A DNA stretch of 62,030 nt, counting the filler, from Candidatus Coatesbacteria bacterium (lineage in GTDB: Bacteria > JAFGND01): NCBI GenBank assembly GCA_016927185.1. It is 4 parts of 4 records of this genome, joined end to end, with 100 filler letters (N's around TTAATTAATTAA, not from the genome) between each part and the next. Parts side by side here need not be neighbours in the genome. Positions count along the whole stretch, not along the records: positions 10,430 to 41,920 come from JAFGND010000017.1; 3 more parts are not named here. One strand, written 5' to 3'. The position numbers were made by a program, and so were the translations under genes. Positions 21,393 to 31,464 of this stretch are shown one piece after another (the stretch's first letter is position 1; each line of letters begins with the position of its first letter). The notes beneath the pieces are model-generated. The model was not told where the DNA came from and ran no database searches. It saw only the letters and a list, made by a program, of their open reading frames with translations.

Positions 21393-23493
21393 CCAGTAAC
21401 TGAATTTCAGTCAGATTGGCTATTCGTCTGAAAAGAGCATCTCCTATCTTCAGTAATGAAAGCCTGTTTTTCCTTGTTGCAGGATCCTTGTCAATTACAA
21501 TGACTTTCTCGAAGAAATTATGAATAAGCTCATCCAGATCTGCAAGTTTCCAGGTTATGTAAACAAAATCCTTCTCTTCCCATGCTGGTTCTATGGAACG
21601 TTTTGCAGTCTGGAATGCAGTATATATTTCGAATTCAAGTCCTTCCTTGAATAGACTTGGTTCAGGCTCTGCAAGGTTTTCCTTCATATTTGCTGATTTC
21701 AATATATTGGCTAGCCTTCTTCCGGGACGAAGCAGTTTCCTGAACAAGTATTCATCATCCCTTATAAGATTATCAAGATATGTAATAATCTTCAAAGATG
21801 TTCCTATATCTGTTGCCCTTTGATCATCTGGATATCTTCTATCCAGAACTGCATTTATGTGATCAAAACGATAATTCTGCTCCAGACAGTAGTTTTTGAG
21901 CCTTTCAATCATGAAGTTTTCAAGCTCTTCTTTGACAAGATCTATATTAAATTCCTCTTTATAAAGCTTTGCATTTTCGTCAATTAAATCGCTGAGTGTG
22001 AATGGGAATGTATAGTCTTCCCAGATCTTGATCAAACCAAGAGATGTCCTTCTCAATCCATATGGATCCTTGCTGCTAGTAAATGTAGCTTTTATGGCAA
22101 ACAAACCAACAAGGGTATCCAGTCTGTCAATGAAGGCAAGAAAAGCCCCATGTTTTGTTACTGGTATATTGTCTTTTACATCAACTGGATTATAATGTTC
22201 ACCAATTGCTTTTGCAACAACAGGATCTTCTCCCTGTGCAAGTGCATAAAATTCTCCTGCTTTACCCTGAAGCGAGTTGAATTCCTTCTCTCCAATCAGA
22301 AGGGTTGTCAAATCTGTCTTGCACAAATGGGCTGCCAGGAAAGTCTTGTCAGTTTCATCTTCATTAGAGAAAAACAATGGTGCATATTTCTGTGACATTT
22401 TTTTCAATCTGTTTGTCTTATCAAGCATGTTACCAAGGTTCGGGAAAAAAGCTATGCCAGTGAGCTGTGTAATCCTGTCATCCAGCTTTACTTTAAGATC
22501 TTCTTCATAAAAGAATTTTGCGTCAGATAATCTCGCAAAAATTACTTGTTCATTAGATTTTATTATCTTTTCATTAACTCCATTATTAGAAACTACTGCT
22601 GTTAATGGTGCCAGATTGCCTTTATTGTCCCTGAAGCAGAAAGTACGCTGATGTTCTTTCAAAGCAGTAATCAGTATTTCCTTTGGCAGGTACATGAAAT
22701 CAGGTGAAATACTGCATGAAAAAACTACTGGATCTTCTGCTAATAATATGTTATCATTCAATAACTTATCATCTTGAATAAGAGTGACATTGAATTTCTG
22801 CTCGATTTCCTGCAATTCAGTAATAATACTCTTTTTTCTCTTTGAGATGCTTACAGTTACCTTATTTTTTGACATCAAGGACACATACTGTTTTGCGTGA
22901 GGAATTATTACTTCATTATCCAGTGTCCAGTGTCCAATAGTCTTGTTGCTGCTTGAAATATTTCCAATCTCTAAAGGGACAATTCTGTCATTGAGTAATG
23001 CAACAATACTCCTTATTGGTCTAGCAAAAACTATATCAGTTTCATCCCATCTCATTGTTTTAGGGAAGGAGATAGACTGTATTATCTCAAGAATTCCCCT
23101 GGAAAGTATGGGAAGTATATCCTCACCACCAACTTTCTTGTTGCATGCAATCTTCTGCCCTTTGCTTGTATCTTCGAAAAAAATCTGCTCAGGTTTCATG
23201 TTGTTTTTTTCCAGGAATTTCTGACCAATAAGCGTAAGATTTCCATCTTTATCGAATGCTGCATCTCTGGACGGGCCTGTTATCTTGACTTCTTCTTCTT
23301 TCTGTGTTGTATTGACATCATCTGCAAGCAATACAAGCCTTCTATTTGTTGCAGAAGTTTTCGTATTCCCTATACTTATGAGATTCTTTTTACATAGAAG
23401 CTCAAATCCCTTTTCCAGAGATGTCAAGGCTGGTTCAATATATGCAACAGGAATCTCTTCTGTCCTTATTTCAAGCAGTAATGTAGCTAACAT
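21376..23493 (-). CDS. glyS: Glycine--tRNA ligase beta subunit
   Basis: LLLEIRTEEIP, FPKTMRW, FARPI, ARLSDAKFF, DPYGLRR, NRLSLL. Confidence 0.95.
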   Translation of the reverse strand: MLATLLLEIRTEEIPVAYIEPALTSLEKGFELLCKKNLISIGNTKTSATNRRLVLLADDVNTTQKEEEVKITGPSRDAAFDKDGNLTLIGQKFLEKNNMKPEQIFFEDTSKGQKIACNKKVGGEDILPILSRGILEIIQSISFPKTMRWDETDIVFARPIRSIVALLNDRIVPLEIGNISSSNKTIGHWTLDNEVIIPHAKQYVSLMSKNKVTVSISKRKKSIITELQEIEQKFNVTLIQDDKLLNDNILLAEDPVVFSCSISPDFMYLPKEILITALKEHQRTFCFRDNKGNLAPLTAVVSNNGVNEKIIKSNEQVIFARLSDAKFFYEEDLKVKLDDRITQLTGIAFFPNLGNMLDKTNRLKKMSQKYAPLFFSNEDETDKTFLAAHLCKTDLTTLLIGEKEFNSLQGKAGEFYALAQGEDPVVAKAIGEHYNPVDVKDNIPVTKHGAFLAFIDRLDTLVGLFAIKATFTSSKDPYGLRRTSLGLIKIWEDYTFPFTLSDLIDENAKLYKEEFNIDLVKEELENFMIERLKNYCLEQNYRFDHINAVLDRRYPDDQRATDIGTSLKIITYLDNLIRDDEYLFRKLLRPGRRLANILKSANMKENLAEPEPSLFKEGLEFEIYTAFQTAKRSIEPAWEEKDFVYITWKLADLDELIHNFFEKVIVIDKDPATRKNRLSLLKIGDALFRRIANLTEIQLLDEEIN

Positions 23494-23508
23494 AAGCTCC
23501 TTTTCAAA

Positions 23509-24972
23509 TTACTGTTTTCCTGATATAACAAATTTACCTTTCTTGAGCAAATCAAAAACAATATTCCATCCTTCCATTCTGGATAGTTTTACAATATATT
23601 TACTTAATTGAATGGGATCTTTAAGCAATGCAATCATTTTTCTTTTCTTTGTATACCTTACTGCTTCTTCAATTTCCTTATAAGATATTGATGGATAGGA
23701 AATTACACTACTATTTCCACCCTCGAATTGCCTGAAATCTCTTGTCTTGAGATAATTATTCTCTACAAGGAAGCTATAGAATTCAGTTCCAGGATAAGGA
23801 GTTGCAAGACTGAACTGTGCAGTACTTGTTCTCAGTTTGAAAGCAAAATCAATTGTCTTCTTTATGGTTTCCTTGTTTTCTCCAGGTAATCCAAACATAT
23901 ATGTTGCATGGGTATACAGACCCAGTTTCCTGCAGGTTTCAGTAAATTTAATAACTGTTTCAAGATCAAGTGGTTTCTTGATATTCTTCAAGATATTCTC
24001 ATCTGCACTTTCAACTCCGAACTTGAGTCCCCTGCATCCTGATTTTTTCATTAACAAAAGTGTCTCTTCATCAGTTCTTGCATCAGCCATACATGACCAG
24101 TATATTTTCAATCCTCTATCAAGTATTTCTGAAGAAATGCTTCTGGCATGTTTTATGTTGGTTGTGAATGAACTGTCATCGAAATATACTTCCTCTACCT
24201 TGAATTCCTTTACAATATATTCTATCTCATCCACTACTTTCACTGGGTTTCTCATTCTATAATTGGTTTTGCCATAGAAAACCGAAGTCTCCAGACAATA
24301 AATGCAATGATATGGACATCCTCTTGATGATATTACACAAATATTGGGAAATTTCTTGCATGTTGGATCAGTATATTTCTCTATGGGTATATCATGCCTT
24401 TCGGGATAAGGAAGTATATCAAGATCCTTCAACAAAGGTCGCTTATTATTTATCTGTATATCGTAACCATTAAAAAAGGCAAGTCCTTCAACTCTGTCAT
24501 AATCCAGTTTTCCTGATTCAATTGCATTTGCAAGTTCAAGCGCTGTAAGCTCCATCTCACCAAGCAGGACAAAATGAGCTCCGTCTTTTTTTATGCACTC
24601 TTCTGGCAAAGCGCTTGCATGAGGACCGCATAAAGCAACCGGTATTTTGAGCTGTCTGTGAGCAATACCAGCAAATTCAAGATCACTATATATGGAAGGT
24701 GTTGAAGTATCTATTATTATTAAATCGGGTTTGCCTTCCTTTACCATATCATACATTTTTTTTCTTGTAATTTCCTGTGCTATACCATCAATTAATCGTG
24801 CTTCTATACCATTCTGTTTCAAGTAAGTGGTTGTATATGCAAGACTGAAAGGGAAAGGGAAATACTGTATTGTTCTGTCCTTGTAGCGAACTGATGCCCA
24901 CCTGGCTCCAGCCTTGACTCCATACTTGTTACTATCTTCAATCCATGGAATATTTAGAAGAAATACTTTCAT
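23509..24972 (-). CDS. B12-binding-domain radical SAM protein (HpnJ-like architecture)
   Basis: GPHASALP..GEME cobalamin-binding region; SRGCPYHCIYC; FGVES; TPYPGT. Confidence 0.88.
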   Translation of the reverse strand: MKVFLLNIPWIEDSNKYGVKAGARWASVRYKDRTIQYFPFPFSLAYTTTYLKQNGIEARLIDGIAQEITRKKMYDMVKEGKPDLIIIDTSTPSIYSDLEFAGIAHRQLKIPVALCGPHASALPEECIKKDGAHFVLLGEMELTALELANAIESGKLDYDRVEGLAFFNGYDIQINNKRPLLKDLDILPYPERHDIPIEKYTDPTCKKFPNICVISSRGCPYHCIYCLETSVFYGKTNYRMRNPVKVVDEIEYIVKEFKVEEVYFDDSSFTTNIKHARSISSEILDRGLKIYWSCMADARTDEETLLLMKKSGCRGLKFGVESADENILKNIKKPLDLETVIKFTETCRKLGLYTHATYMFGLPGENKETIKKTIDFAFKLRTSTAQFSLATPYPGTEFYSFLVENNYLKTRDFRQFEGGNSSVISYPSISYKEIEEAVRYTKKRKMIALLKDPIQLSKYIVKLSRMEGWNIVFDLLKKGKFVISGKQ

Positions 24973-25679
24973 TACATTAGTCCAGATTTGCTTAATATGC
25001 TGTCTTTACCAAAGAGTATTTCTTCTACATCCTTGAAATTCCTGAAAGGGAAATAGGTCTTTTCTATTGTTTCCATATAGTCTCTCAATCCATTGCTGCA
25101 GCACTTCGCAAGTACAATATCAGCAAATTTTGCTGGGCAGCAATCACTTTGTCCATCTCCTATATATACTATAGTATCATGACCTCCTGTTCTGTACAAA
25201 GACAGATGATAACTTTTGCAGTTCCCGCAGTTCCCGCAACCATAATAAAAATAAGGGAATGTTGCAGTAAAATAATCTATGGATGGATTCACTTTATCAA
25301 GAAACAGGATCTTGTTTGAATAGGATGGTATTTCTGACAGTCCTTCTCTTTTCAGAAGCATGTTTATATAATAGTCAAGCCCATCACTGAATATTGCAAC
25401 AGGGATATTTTTTTCCCTGGTGGAATAATAAAAGCTTTTAAAGTATGGATCTATTTTCTGTTCATTGATAAAGTCATCAATCCTTGCTTTTGCAGTTTCT
25501 ACAAGACTGCATTCACAAAGAGTGCAATCCCTTGAGGAAATGCGTTTTTTCTTCCACAGGTCAATTATATCATTAAAATTCTTTTTGCTGGATGCAAATT
25601 TCTTGAAGAGATTATGACCGATATCCTTCGGAAAAATTGTACCATCAAAGTCTACCAATATTGCTATTTTTTTTTTCAT
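24972..25679 (-). CDS. HAD-IB phosphatase, MtnX-like
   Basis: DFDGT, SDG, CGNCK, YIGDGQSD. Confidence 0.85.
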   Translation of the reverse strand: MKKKIAILVDFDGTIFPKDIGHNLFKKFASSKKNFNDIIDLWKKKRISSRDCTLCECSLVETAKARIDDFINEQKIDPYFKSFYYSTREKNIPVAIFSDGLDYYINMLLKREGLSEIPSYSNKILFLDKVNPSIDYFTATFPYFYYGCGNCGNCKSYHLSLYRTGGHDTIVYIGDGQSDCCPAKFADIVLAKCCSNGLRDYMETIEKTYFPFRNFKDVEEILFGKDSILSKSGLM

Positions 25680-26392
25680 TATATCCTAATATATCCATCT
25701 GGTTCAAGTTTGGGTACTATCGTAATATTTCCTTTGGTAAAGCAGAAATCAACATCCTTTATGAATCCAATCTTCTTTAAATGCATAGCATGAAATGAGC
25801 TTTCCTTTACCCTCTCAATATTTCCATCATAGTAATTAGCGATTGAAAGAGCTGCATATGCTCCACTATCAAATCTGCAATTCGCTTTCTTGTGTTTTTT
25901 TGTCCATGAGTTAATGAACAAACCAGCAAAATATACATCATCAATCCCGAATGCACCATTCTGACCAGAGCATGCAAGATGGATTTCTGGATATCGTTCT
26001 GGTGTTATGAAGGAAACTACTGCGTCAAAATTCAGAAAAGAAGCTATTATTGCTGGTTTTCCATGACAGTAGCTTAAAACCTTTGTTCCATTTGTAGTGC
26101 ACAAACATATATCTTTATCTTTTATAACTTCTTCCACATATTCCAATGGAGAATTCCCTAAATCGAATCCTGGAATTTTCTTTCCTTCTCTTTCACCAGC
26201 AAGAAGACATTTGGGATTTTTCTTCCTGAATTTATAAGCATCACTGATTTCCTTGACTGGATAGAAACTCAAGGCTCCACACTGAAGCCCTTTGCAGATA
26301 GTAGATCCAGCTCTTAAAATATCAATAACTACTGTTAGAATCTTCTCTCTTGGTTTCACTTGAGCAGGTGCAAAACTTACTGTGAAAAGCAT
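25679..26392 (-). CDS. comB: 2-phosphosulfolactate phosphatase family protein
   Basis: VIDILRA, LAGEREG..IPGFDLGNSP, TTNGT; start set at ATG 26392. Confidence 0.88.
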   Translation of the reverse strand: MLFTVSFAPAQVKPREKILTVVIDILRAGSTICKGLQCGALSFYPVKEISDAYKFRKKNPKCLLAGEREGKKIPGFDLGNSPLEYVEEVIKDKDICLCTTNGTKVLSYCHGKPAIIASFLNFDAVVSFITPERYPEIHLACSGQNGAFGIDDVYFAGLFINSWTKKHKKANCRFDSGAYAALSIANYYDGNIERVKESSFHAMHLKKIGFIKDVDFCFTKGNITIVPKLEPDGYIRI

Positions 26393-26393
26393 A

Positions 26394-27758
26394 TCATTCC
26401 TGTCCCAGAATATCTGTCCTGCCAATAAAACCGGTATCAACCTTGCCTTCCTTGAAAACTGGATGTTTCAGGAGTGCAAGATGAAGAGGGATCGTTGTCT
26501 TGACACCACCCTGCGGCAAACCGTTGATAATCATTTCATTAAGTCCTCTTTCCATCCTCTTGATTGCTTCATCCCTGTCATGTCCGAAAGATATAACTTT
26601 TGCAAGAAGAGAATCATAAAAGCTGGGAACACTGTAACCTGCATATATGTGAGTATCAACTCTTATTCCAGGCCCCCCTGGAAGATGAAGCCAGGTTATC
26701 GGTCCCGGAGTAGGCGTGAAATTCCTGTATGGATCCTCTGCATTTATTCTACATTCTATTGAATGTCCATTCAATTTAATGTCACTTTGCTTTATTTCAA
26801 GTTTTTCTCCCATTGCAATCTTAAGCTGTTCTTTGAGAAGATCTATTCCAGTAACCATTTCTGTTACAGGATGCTCCACCTGTATCCTTGTATTCATCTC
26901 TATGAAATAAAAACTTCCGTCTTTATCCAGAAGGAATTCTATTGTTCCTGCATTTTCATAACCAACACCTTTTGCTGCATTGACAGCTGCATCTCCCATT
27001 TTCTTTCTTAATTCCTTGTTTACAACAGGAGATGGACATTCTTCAAGCAGCTTCTGATGCCTTCTTTGTGCGCTGCAATCTCTTTCTCCAAGATAAATTG
27101 TATTCCCATAAGAGTCTGCAATTATCTGTATCTCTATATGCTTTGGGTTTATGAAATATTTCTCAATATATACTGAAGAATCCTTGAATGCAGAAAGTGC
27201 TTCGTTCTGGGCAGTGGCATAGTTTTTTTCTAGTTCCTCTTTTTCATAAACAACACGCATTCCCCTGCCTCCACCACCTGCTACTGCCTTGATTATTACT
27301 GGATAACCAATTTCGTCAGCTATTTCATAAGCCTGTTGAATAGAAAAAACAGGTCCATCACTTCCAGGAACAACAGGTACTCCTGATTCCTTGACTATAC
27401 TTTTAGCTACAGATTTATCTCCCATTTTTGCAATTGCAGAAGCTGAGGGACCTATGAAATTGAAATTATGCTGTTCGCACATATCAGCGAAAAGAGGATT
27501 TTCAGCAAGGAAACCATATCCTGGGTGAATTGAATCAGCTCCTGACAATGTTGCAGCACTTAAGATTGCTCTCATGTTCAGGTAGCTTTTTACTGAAGGT
27601 GCAGGTCCTATGCATATGCTTTCGTCAGCAAGCTTTACAGGAAGAGAATCAGTGTCTGCTTCTGAATGTACAACAACAGTAGGGATATTAAGTTCCATAC
27701 ATGCTCTTATTATTCTGAGCGCTATTTCCCCTCTGTTGGCAATAAGAACCTTTTTCAC
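26394..27758 (-). CDS. accC: Acetyl-CoA carboxylase biotin carboxylase
   Basis: [47 protein letters not shown] start. Confidence 0.97.
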   Translation of the reverse strand: MKKVLIANRGEIALRIIRACMELNIPTVVVHSEADTDSLPVKLADESICIGPAPSVKSYLNMRAILSAATLSGADSIHPGYGFLAENPLFADMCEQHNFNFIGPSASAIAKMGDKSVAKSIVKESGVPVVPGSDGPVFSIQQAYEIADEIGYPVIIKAVAGGGGRGMRVVYEKEELEKNYATAQNEALSAFKDSSVYIEKYFINPKHIEIQIIADSYGNTIYLGERDCSAQRRHQKLLEECPSPVVNKELRKKMGDAAVNAAKGVGYENAGTIEFLLDKDGSFYFIEMNTRIQVEHPVTEMVTGIDLLKEQLKIAMGEKLEIKQSDIKLNGHSIECRINAEDPYRNFTPTPGPITWLHLPGGPGIRVDTHIYAGYSVPSFYDSLLAKVISFGHDRDEAIKRMERGLNEMIINGLPQGGVKTTIPLHLALLKHPVFKEGKVDTGFIGRTDILGQE

Positions 27759-28231
27759 TAGCTTACCTCAATTATGAATATATCCTGTCCATACTCTACT
27801 GGTTGTGCATTCTGAATGAGGATTTTCTTGATTATTCCATTATATTCTGATTCAATTTCATTCATTACCTTCATTGCCTCTATAATACACATTGTCTGAC
27901 CTTTGGAAACAGAATGACCTTCTTCCACGAAAGGTTTTGCATCAGGTGATGGTGCTCTGTAAAATGTCCCTACTATAGGAGATTTCACTATTCTTTCATT
28001 ATCTGAAACAGAAGGTTCTTTCTTCTCCAGAGGTTTTGCATCAACCATATTAACTTGTGGTACAGGAATTGACTGCTGAACAGGAATTTGTACAGGTTGC
28101 ATAAGCTGCTGAGAAGGTAATGCTGCTGATTTGGTAATCTCTATCTTAAGTTCTCCTTCCTGTACATTTAGAGCTGTAATGTTGCTTTCCTCCACAAGTT
28201 TCACTAGTTGACGAATAATCTTGAAATCCAT
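27758..28231 (-). CDS. accB: Biotin carboxyl carrier protein
   Basis: [17 protein letters not shown]. Confidence 0.97.
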   Translation of the reverse strand: MDFKIIRQLVKLVEESNITALNVQEGELKIEITKSAALPSQQLMQPVQIPVQQSIPVPQVNMVDAKPLEKKEPSVSDNERIVKSPIVGTFYRAPSPDAKPFVEEGHSVSKGQTMCIIEAMKVMNEIESEYNGIIKKILIQNAQPVEYGQDIFIIEVS

Positions 28232-28242
28232 ATCTCTCCTTA

Positions 28243-28806
28243 TTATTTAGAAACTCTTTCTATATAAGAATGATTTCTTGTATCTATCTTTATAACATCA
28301 CCTTCATTGACAAATAAAGGGACCTGGATTGTTGCACCTGTTTCAACTTCTGCCGGCTTATTAGTATTCTGGACAGTATTCCCTTTTTCTCCAGGTTCTG
28401 TCCTTACTATTTTCAAATCCACAAAAGCTGGAAGTTCTATGCTAATAGGTTCCTCATCTATAGAGAAGACATAAACAGTGCCATTTTCTTTCATCAAATC
28501 ACTGATATTCTTGAAATAACTTGCTGGAAATGGAATGATTTCAAAATTCTCTGGATCCATGAGATGGACGAAATCAGTATCCGAATATGAATAAGTCCAT
28601 TCTTTCTTCTCCAGTTTTACTTCCTCGAATTCTACATTTGAACGCCAGGTTTGGTCAAGAGCTCTTTCTGTTTTAAGATTTTTCAGTTTGAGTCTCATGA
28701 AAGCTCCGCCCTTACCGGGTTTAACATGCAGGAACTCAACAACATTCCAGTATTCATTTTCCCATTTTATAGTCATCCCTTTACGAATATCACTAATATT
28801 CGCCAT
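28243..28806 (-). CDS. efp: Elongation factor P
   Basis: [35 protein letters not shown] before ATG 28806. Confidence 0.97.
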   Translation of the reverse strand: MANISDIRKGMTIKWENEYWNVVEFLHVKPGKGGAFMRLKLKNLKTERALDQTWRSNVEFEEVKLEKKEWTYSYSDTDFVHLMDPENFEIIPFPASYFKNISDLMKENGTVYVFSIDEEPISIELPAFVDLKIVRTEPGEKGNTVQNTNKPAEVETGATIQVPLFVNEGDVIKIDTRNHSYIERVSK

Positions 28807-28978
28807 TGTCAGTCCTCCATAAATTGCTTTCAATAAATATGATTAAGTGCAGATGGTTTAAACAGCAGAGTTATGTCAAGTAAATTGTCAGTAATAAAAA
28901 GCATATCGCTTAATACTTGCTAATCTCTGTAATCACCATGAATTACTGAATGGAATTGGAGAATTTTAAATCAATATA

Positions 28979-29443
28979 TCAAATTGTCTTCAGATCTCCT
29001 AAAAGCATATTCCTGTCTTCTTCTTCCTTTACTTCAGCAGCATATTTGTTTGCATTATCAAGAGCTTCTTTTTTTGCTTCTTCATCACCTTTTATTGAGT
29101 ATGCTCTTGCCAAAGCTTCATATGCATATGCTTTGCTGAATGGTGGAAGATCTGATTTGAGGCTTATATCAAGACATTTGTTTCCATAATATAACGCTGT
29201 CTTGCCTTTCTTTGCAACTGCATATACCCTTGATAGCATCCAGTAGCCAATAGAGACATTCTCATCAGTATGATCTTCAACCTTCAGCCAGTGCCAGAAA
29301 GAAACATGACTGAGATGTAATGCCATTTCAATATCTTCTTCAGATTTTTCTGCCTTGTCCAGTATTCCCCATGTGTCATTGAAGCACTGAATTGCAAAAT
29401 ACTTGTTGTATTTATTTAACTCACTTGCATCAGGCATATTCAT
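28979..29443 (-). CDS. Conserved-looking hypothetical alpha-helical protein
   Basis: SD AAGGAG; FNDTW, SFWHW, AYAYEALARA. Confidence 0.75.
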   Translation of the reverse strand: MNMPDASELNKYNKYFAIQCFNDTWGILDKAEKSEEDIEMALHLSHVSFWHWLKVEDHTDENVSIGYWMLSRVYAVAKKGKTALYYGNKCLDISLKSDLPPFSKAYAYEALARAYSIKGDEEAKKEALDNANKYAAEVKEEEDRNMLLGDLKTI

Positions 29444-29811
29444 TCTCCTTCCTCATGAAAAAAAGACAATCATGATTTAAATAGTCTATAATTTATCTAT
29501 ATCTTATGCTTCCATTCTGCCAGTCTAACTGTTGTTTTTACATCTCCTATATGAAGTTTTATTTATATTTATTAATGTCTCTTCTCTTTTTTATAGAGAG
29601 AGATTTTCTAAATGAATTTATGTCAAGTCTTTATATTTGATATTGGAGAAGAAAGTGCATGAGAATCATCTGTTATTCATTGTTAAGTCTGATTTCTTTC
29701 ATTCCTTATAAATACTTCTTTTTCTATAAAAAAGTAGTATTTTAATCATTTTCGATTGACTAAAAAATAACAAAAAAGTATAGGGTTAAATTAACAAGAT
29801 AAGGAGTTAAT

Positions 29812-31422
29812 ATGAAGAATTTGACGGTTTCATTCATATTGATTTTCATATCCCTTCTTACAGCTGGCAATCATCCATGGCCAATGTGGGGACATGATGT
29901 AAGGCATACTAACAGGACTGAGATGAAGGGAGCAATCCCCAAATACAACTGGCAGTATGAGGGAGGTTCATATTCTCCATCATCTTGTATCGCAGATATT
30001 CTCAGTAATGAGTGGTCTATTAGTAATGGCATATATGAAGATGCTGACCTAGTCTCTTATGTTAGTTTTACTCATGTTTATACTTCTTTTTACAATTTTA
30101 AAAGCAGTAAAAGAAAGTCCTTTGAAGAGGGAGTTTACACAAAGGAATTTGATGAGCATTTAAAGGGGAGTGTATATGTCTCTCCATTCGATATAATTTA
30201 TTACACTACTTTAGGAGCTGATCTTAATTTTCATTTGATAAAATCACAAATAAACAGTCAGGATTCAATAACAATCATGAATGATTGTATAGGACCATTT
30301 AATGGTGATATTACTCCGTTTGAGGATTTTCTGTTCATAACCAGCAGGGATGAAATTAATGATTCAAAAACTGTTTCTTTGATGAAAATAGATCTGGATT
30401 TTTCTCATATCAAGATTATAGATCTTGAGAATAAAACAAGAATATCTTCTGTTGCAGTCGATAAAATGGGAAATGCTTATGCAGTAACAGAAAACAATCT
30501 CTATAAAATTAACAGAAATTGTGAAATTGTCTGGATAAAACCAGTAAGAATATATTTTCATAAACTCTGGGAAGAATTTGGTAAAGCATACATAATGAAA
30601 AGCCAGGCACCTCTTTTATCAATAAAAGATTATGTAATCGTGAATAGCGAAAGTGGAGTTTATGCTTTTAACGCATTAGACAGTAATAGGGAATGGTTTT
30701 ATCTTACTAATGATAAAGGTATTGCATGTCCGGCTGAGGATTTAGAAGGCAATCTATATATGGTCGGAGAAAAAAGTATAACAGCATTAACATCTGAAGG
30801 AGAATTGATCTGGAGAACAACTTCGTTTGAACCTGCTGCAGTCCCTCCTACAGTCGATAGTGAGGGGAAGATATATATATGTTCTTATGATCCTGAATGC
30901 CTGTTTTGTTTTTCTAAATCAGGTAAGATCCTTGGAACTTCAGTATGGAAAAATTATTATAGTTATAGTGAGTCAAATGAATATAGCAGTACCTACTTTC
31001 TTGAAAAAGAACAGTCATATGGTCAACCACAAATAATCAAGAACGGGCTTGTTTTTTGTCAAATTTTAGGTTATGTAGAAAGGTCTTATAATAACAGATA
31101 TGAACATGAGAATAGCATTCAAAGATATGGTGGTCTCTGCTTTTTTGATGAAAAGAAAGGTTTCTCATCAAGCAAGACAAGCAGAAGTCTTCCAGAGATA
31201 TTGAGATTTACCTGCTCTCCCAATCCATTCTCTTCAAGATTAGGCATTTCAGTCAATTCACCATCAAGTGAAGTGCTTCAAATCTACGATATTTCAGGAA
31301 GACTGGTTTTCAGGAGGAATTTAGAAAAAGGGGAGAGCAGGCATTTCTTTTCTCCATCAGCAAACGGTGTTTATATAATAAAGATTGGAAATAAAACCAG
31401 GAAAGTTGTTAAGATTAGCTGA
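29812..31422 (+). CDS. Secreted PQQ-like beta-propeller protein with T9SS-like CTD
   Basis: Signal peptide; HPWPMWGHDVRHT; PAEDLEGNLY, PTVDSEGKIY blades; SPNPFS...IYDISGRLV...NGVYII. Confidence 0.85.
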   Translation: MKNLTVSFILIFISLLTAGNHPWPMWGHDVRHTNRTEMKGAIPKYNWQYEGGSYSPSSCIADILSNEWSISNGIYEDADLVSYVSFTHVYTSFYNFKSSKRKSFEEGVYTKEFDEHLKGSVYVSPFDIIYYTTLGADLNFHLIKSQINSQDSITIMNDCIGPFNGDITPFEDFLFITSRDEINDSKTVSLMKIDLDFSHIKIIDLENKTRISSVAVDKMGNAYAVTENNLYKINRNCEIVWIKPVRIYFHKLWEEFGKAYIMKSQAPLLSIKDYVIVNSESGVYAFNALDSNREWFYLTNDKGIACPAEDLEGNLYMVGEKSITALTSEGELIWRTTSFEPAAVPPTVDSEGKIYICSYDPECLFCFSKSGKILGTSVWKNYYSYSESNEYSSTYFLEKEQSYGQPQIIKNGLVFCQILGYVERSYNNRYEHENSIQRYGGLCFFDEKKGFSSSKTSRSLPEILRFTCSPNPFSSRLGISVNSPSSEVLQIYDISGRLVFRRNLEKGESRHFFSPSANGVYIIKIGNKTRKVVKIS

Positions 31423-31428
31423 TAATTC

Positions 31429-31457
31429 AAAGCTGCAGTAAAAGGCTGCAGCTTTTT
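31429..31457. terminator. Intrinsic terminator between convergent genes
   Basis: AAAGCTGCAG-taaaagg-CTGCAGCTTTTT. Confidence 0.8.
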
Positions 31458-31464
31458 ATCTTCT

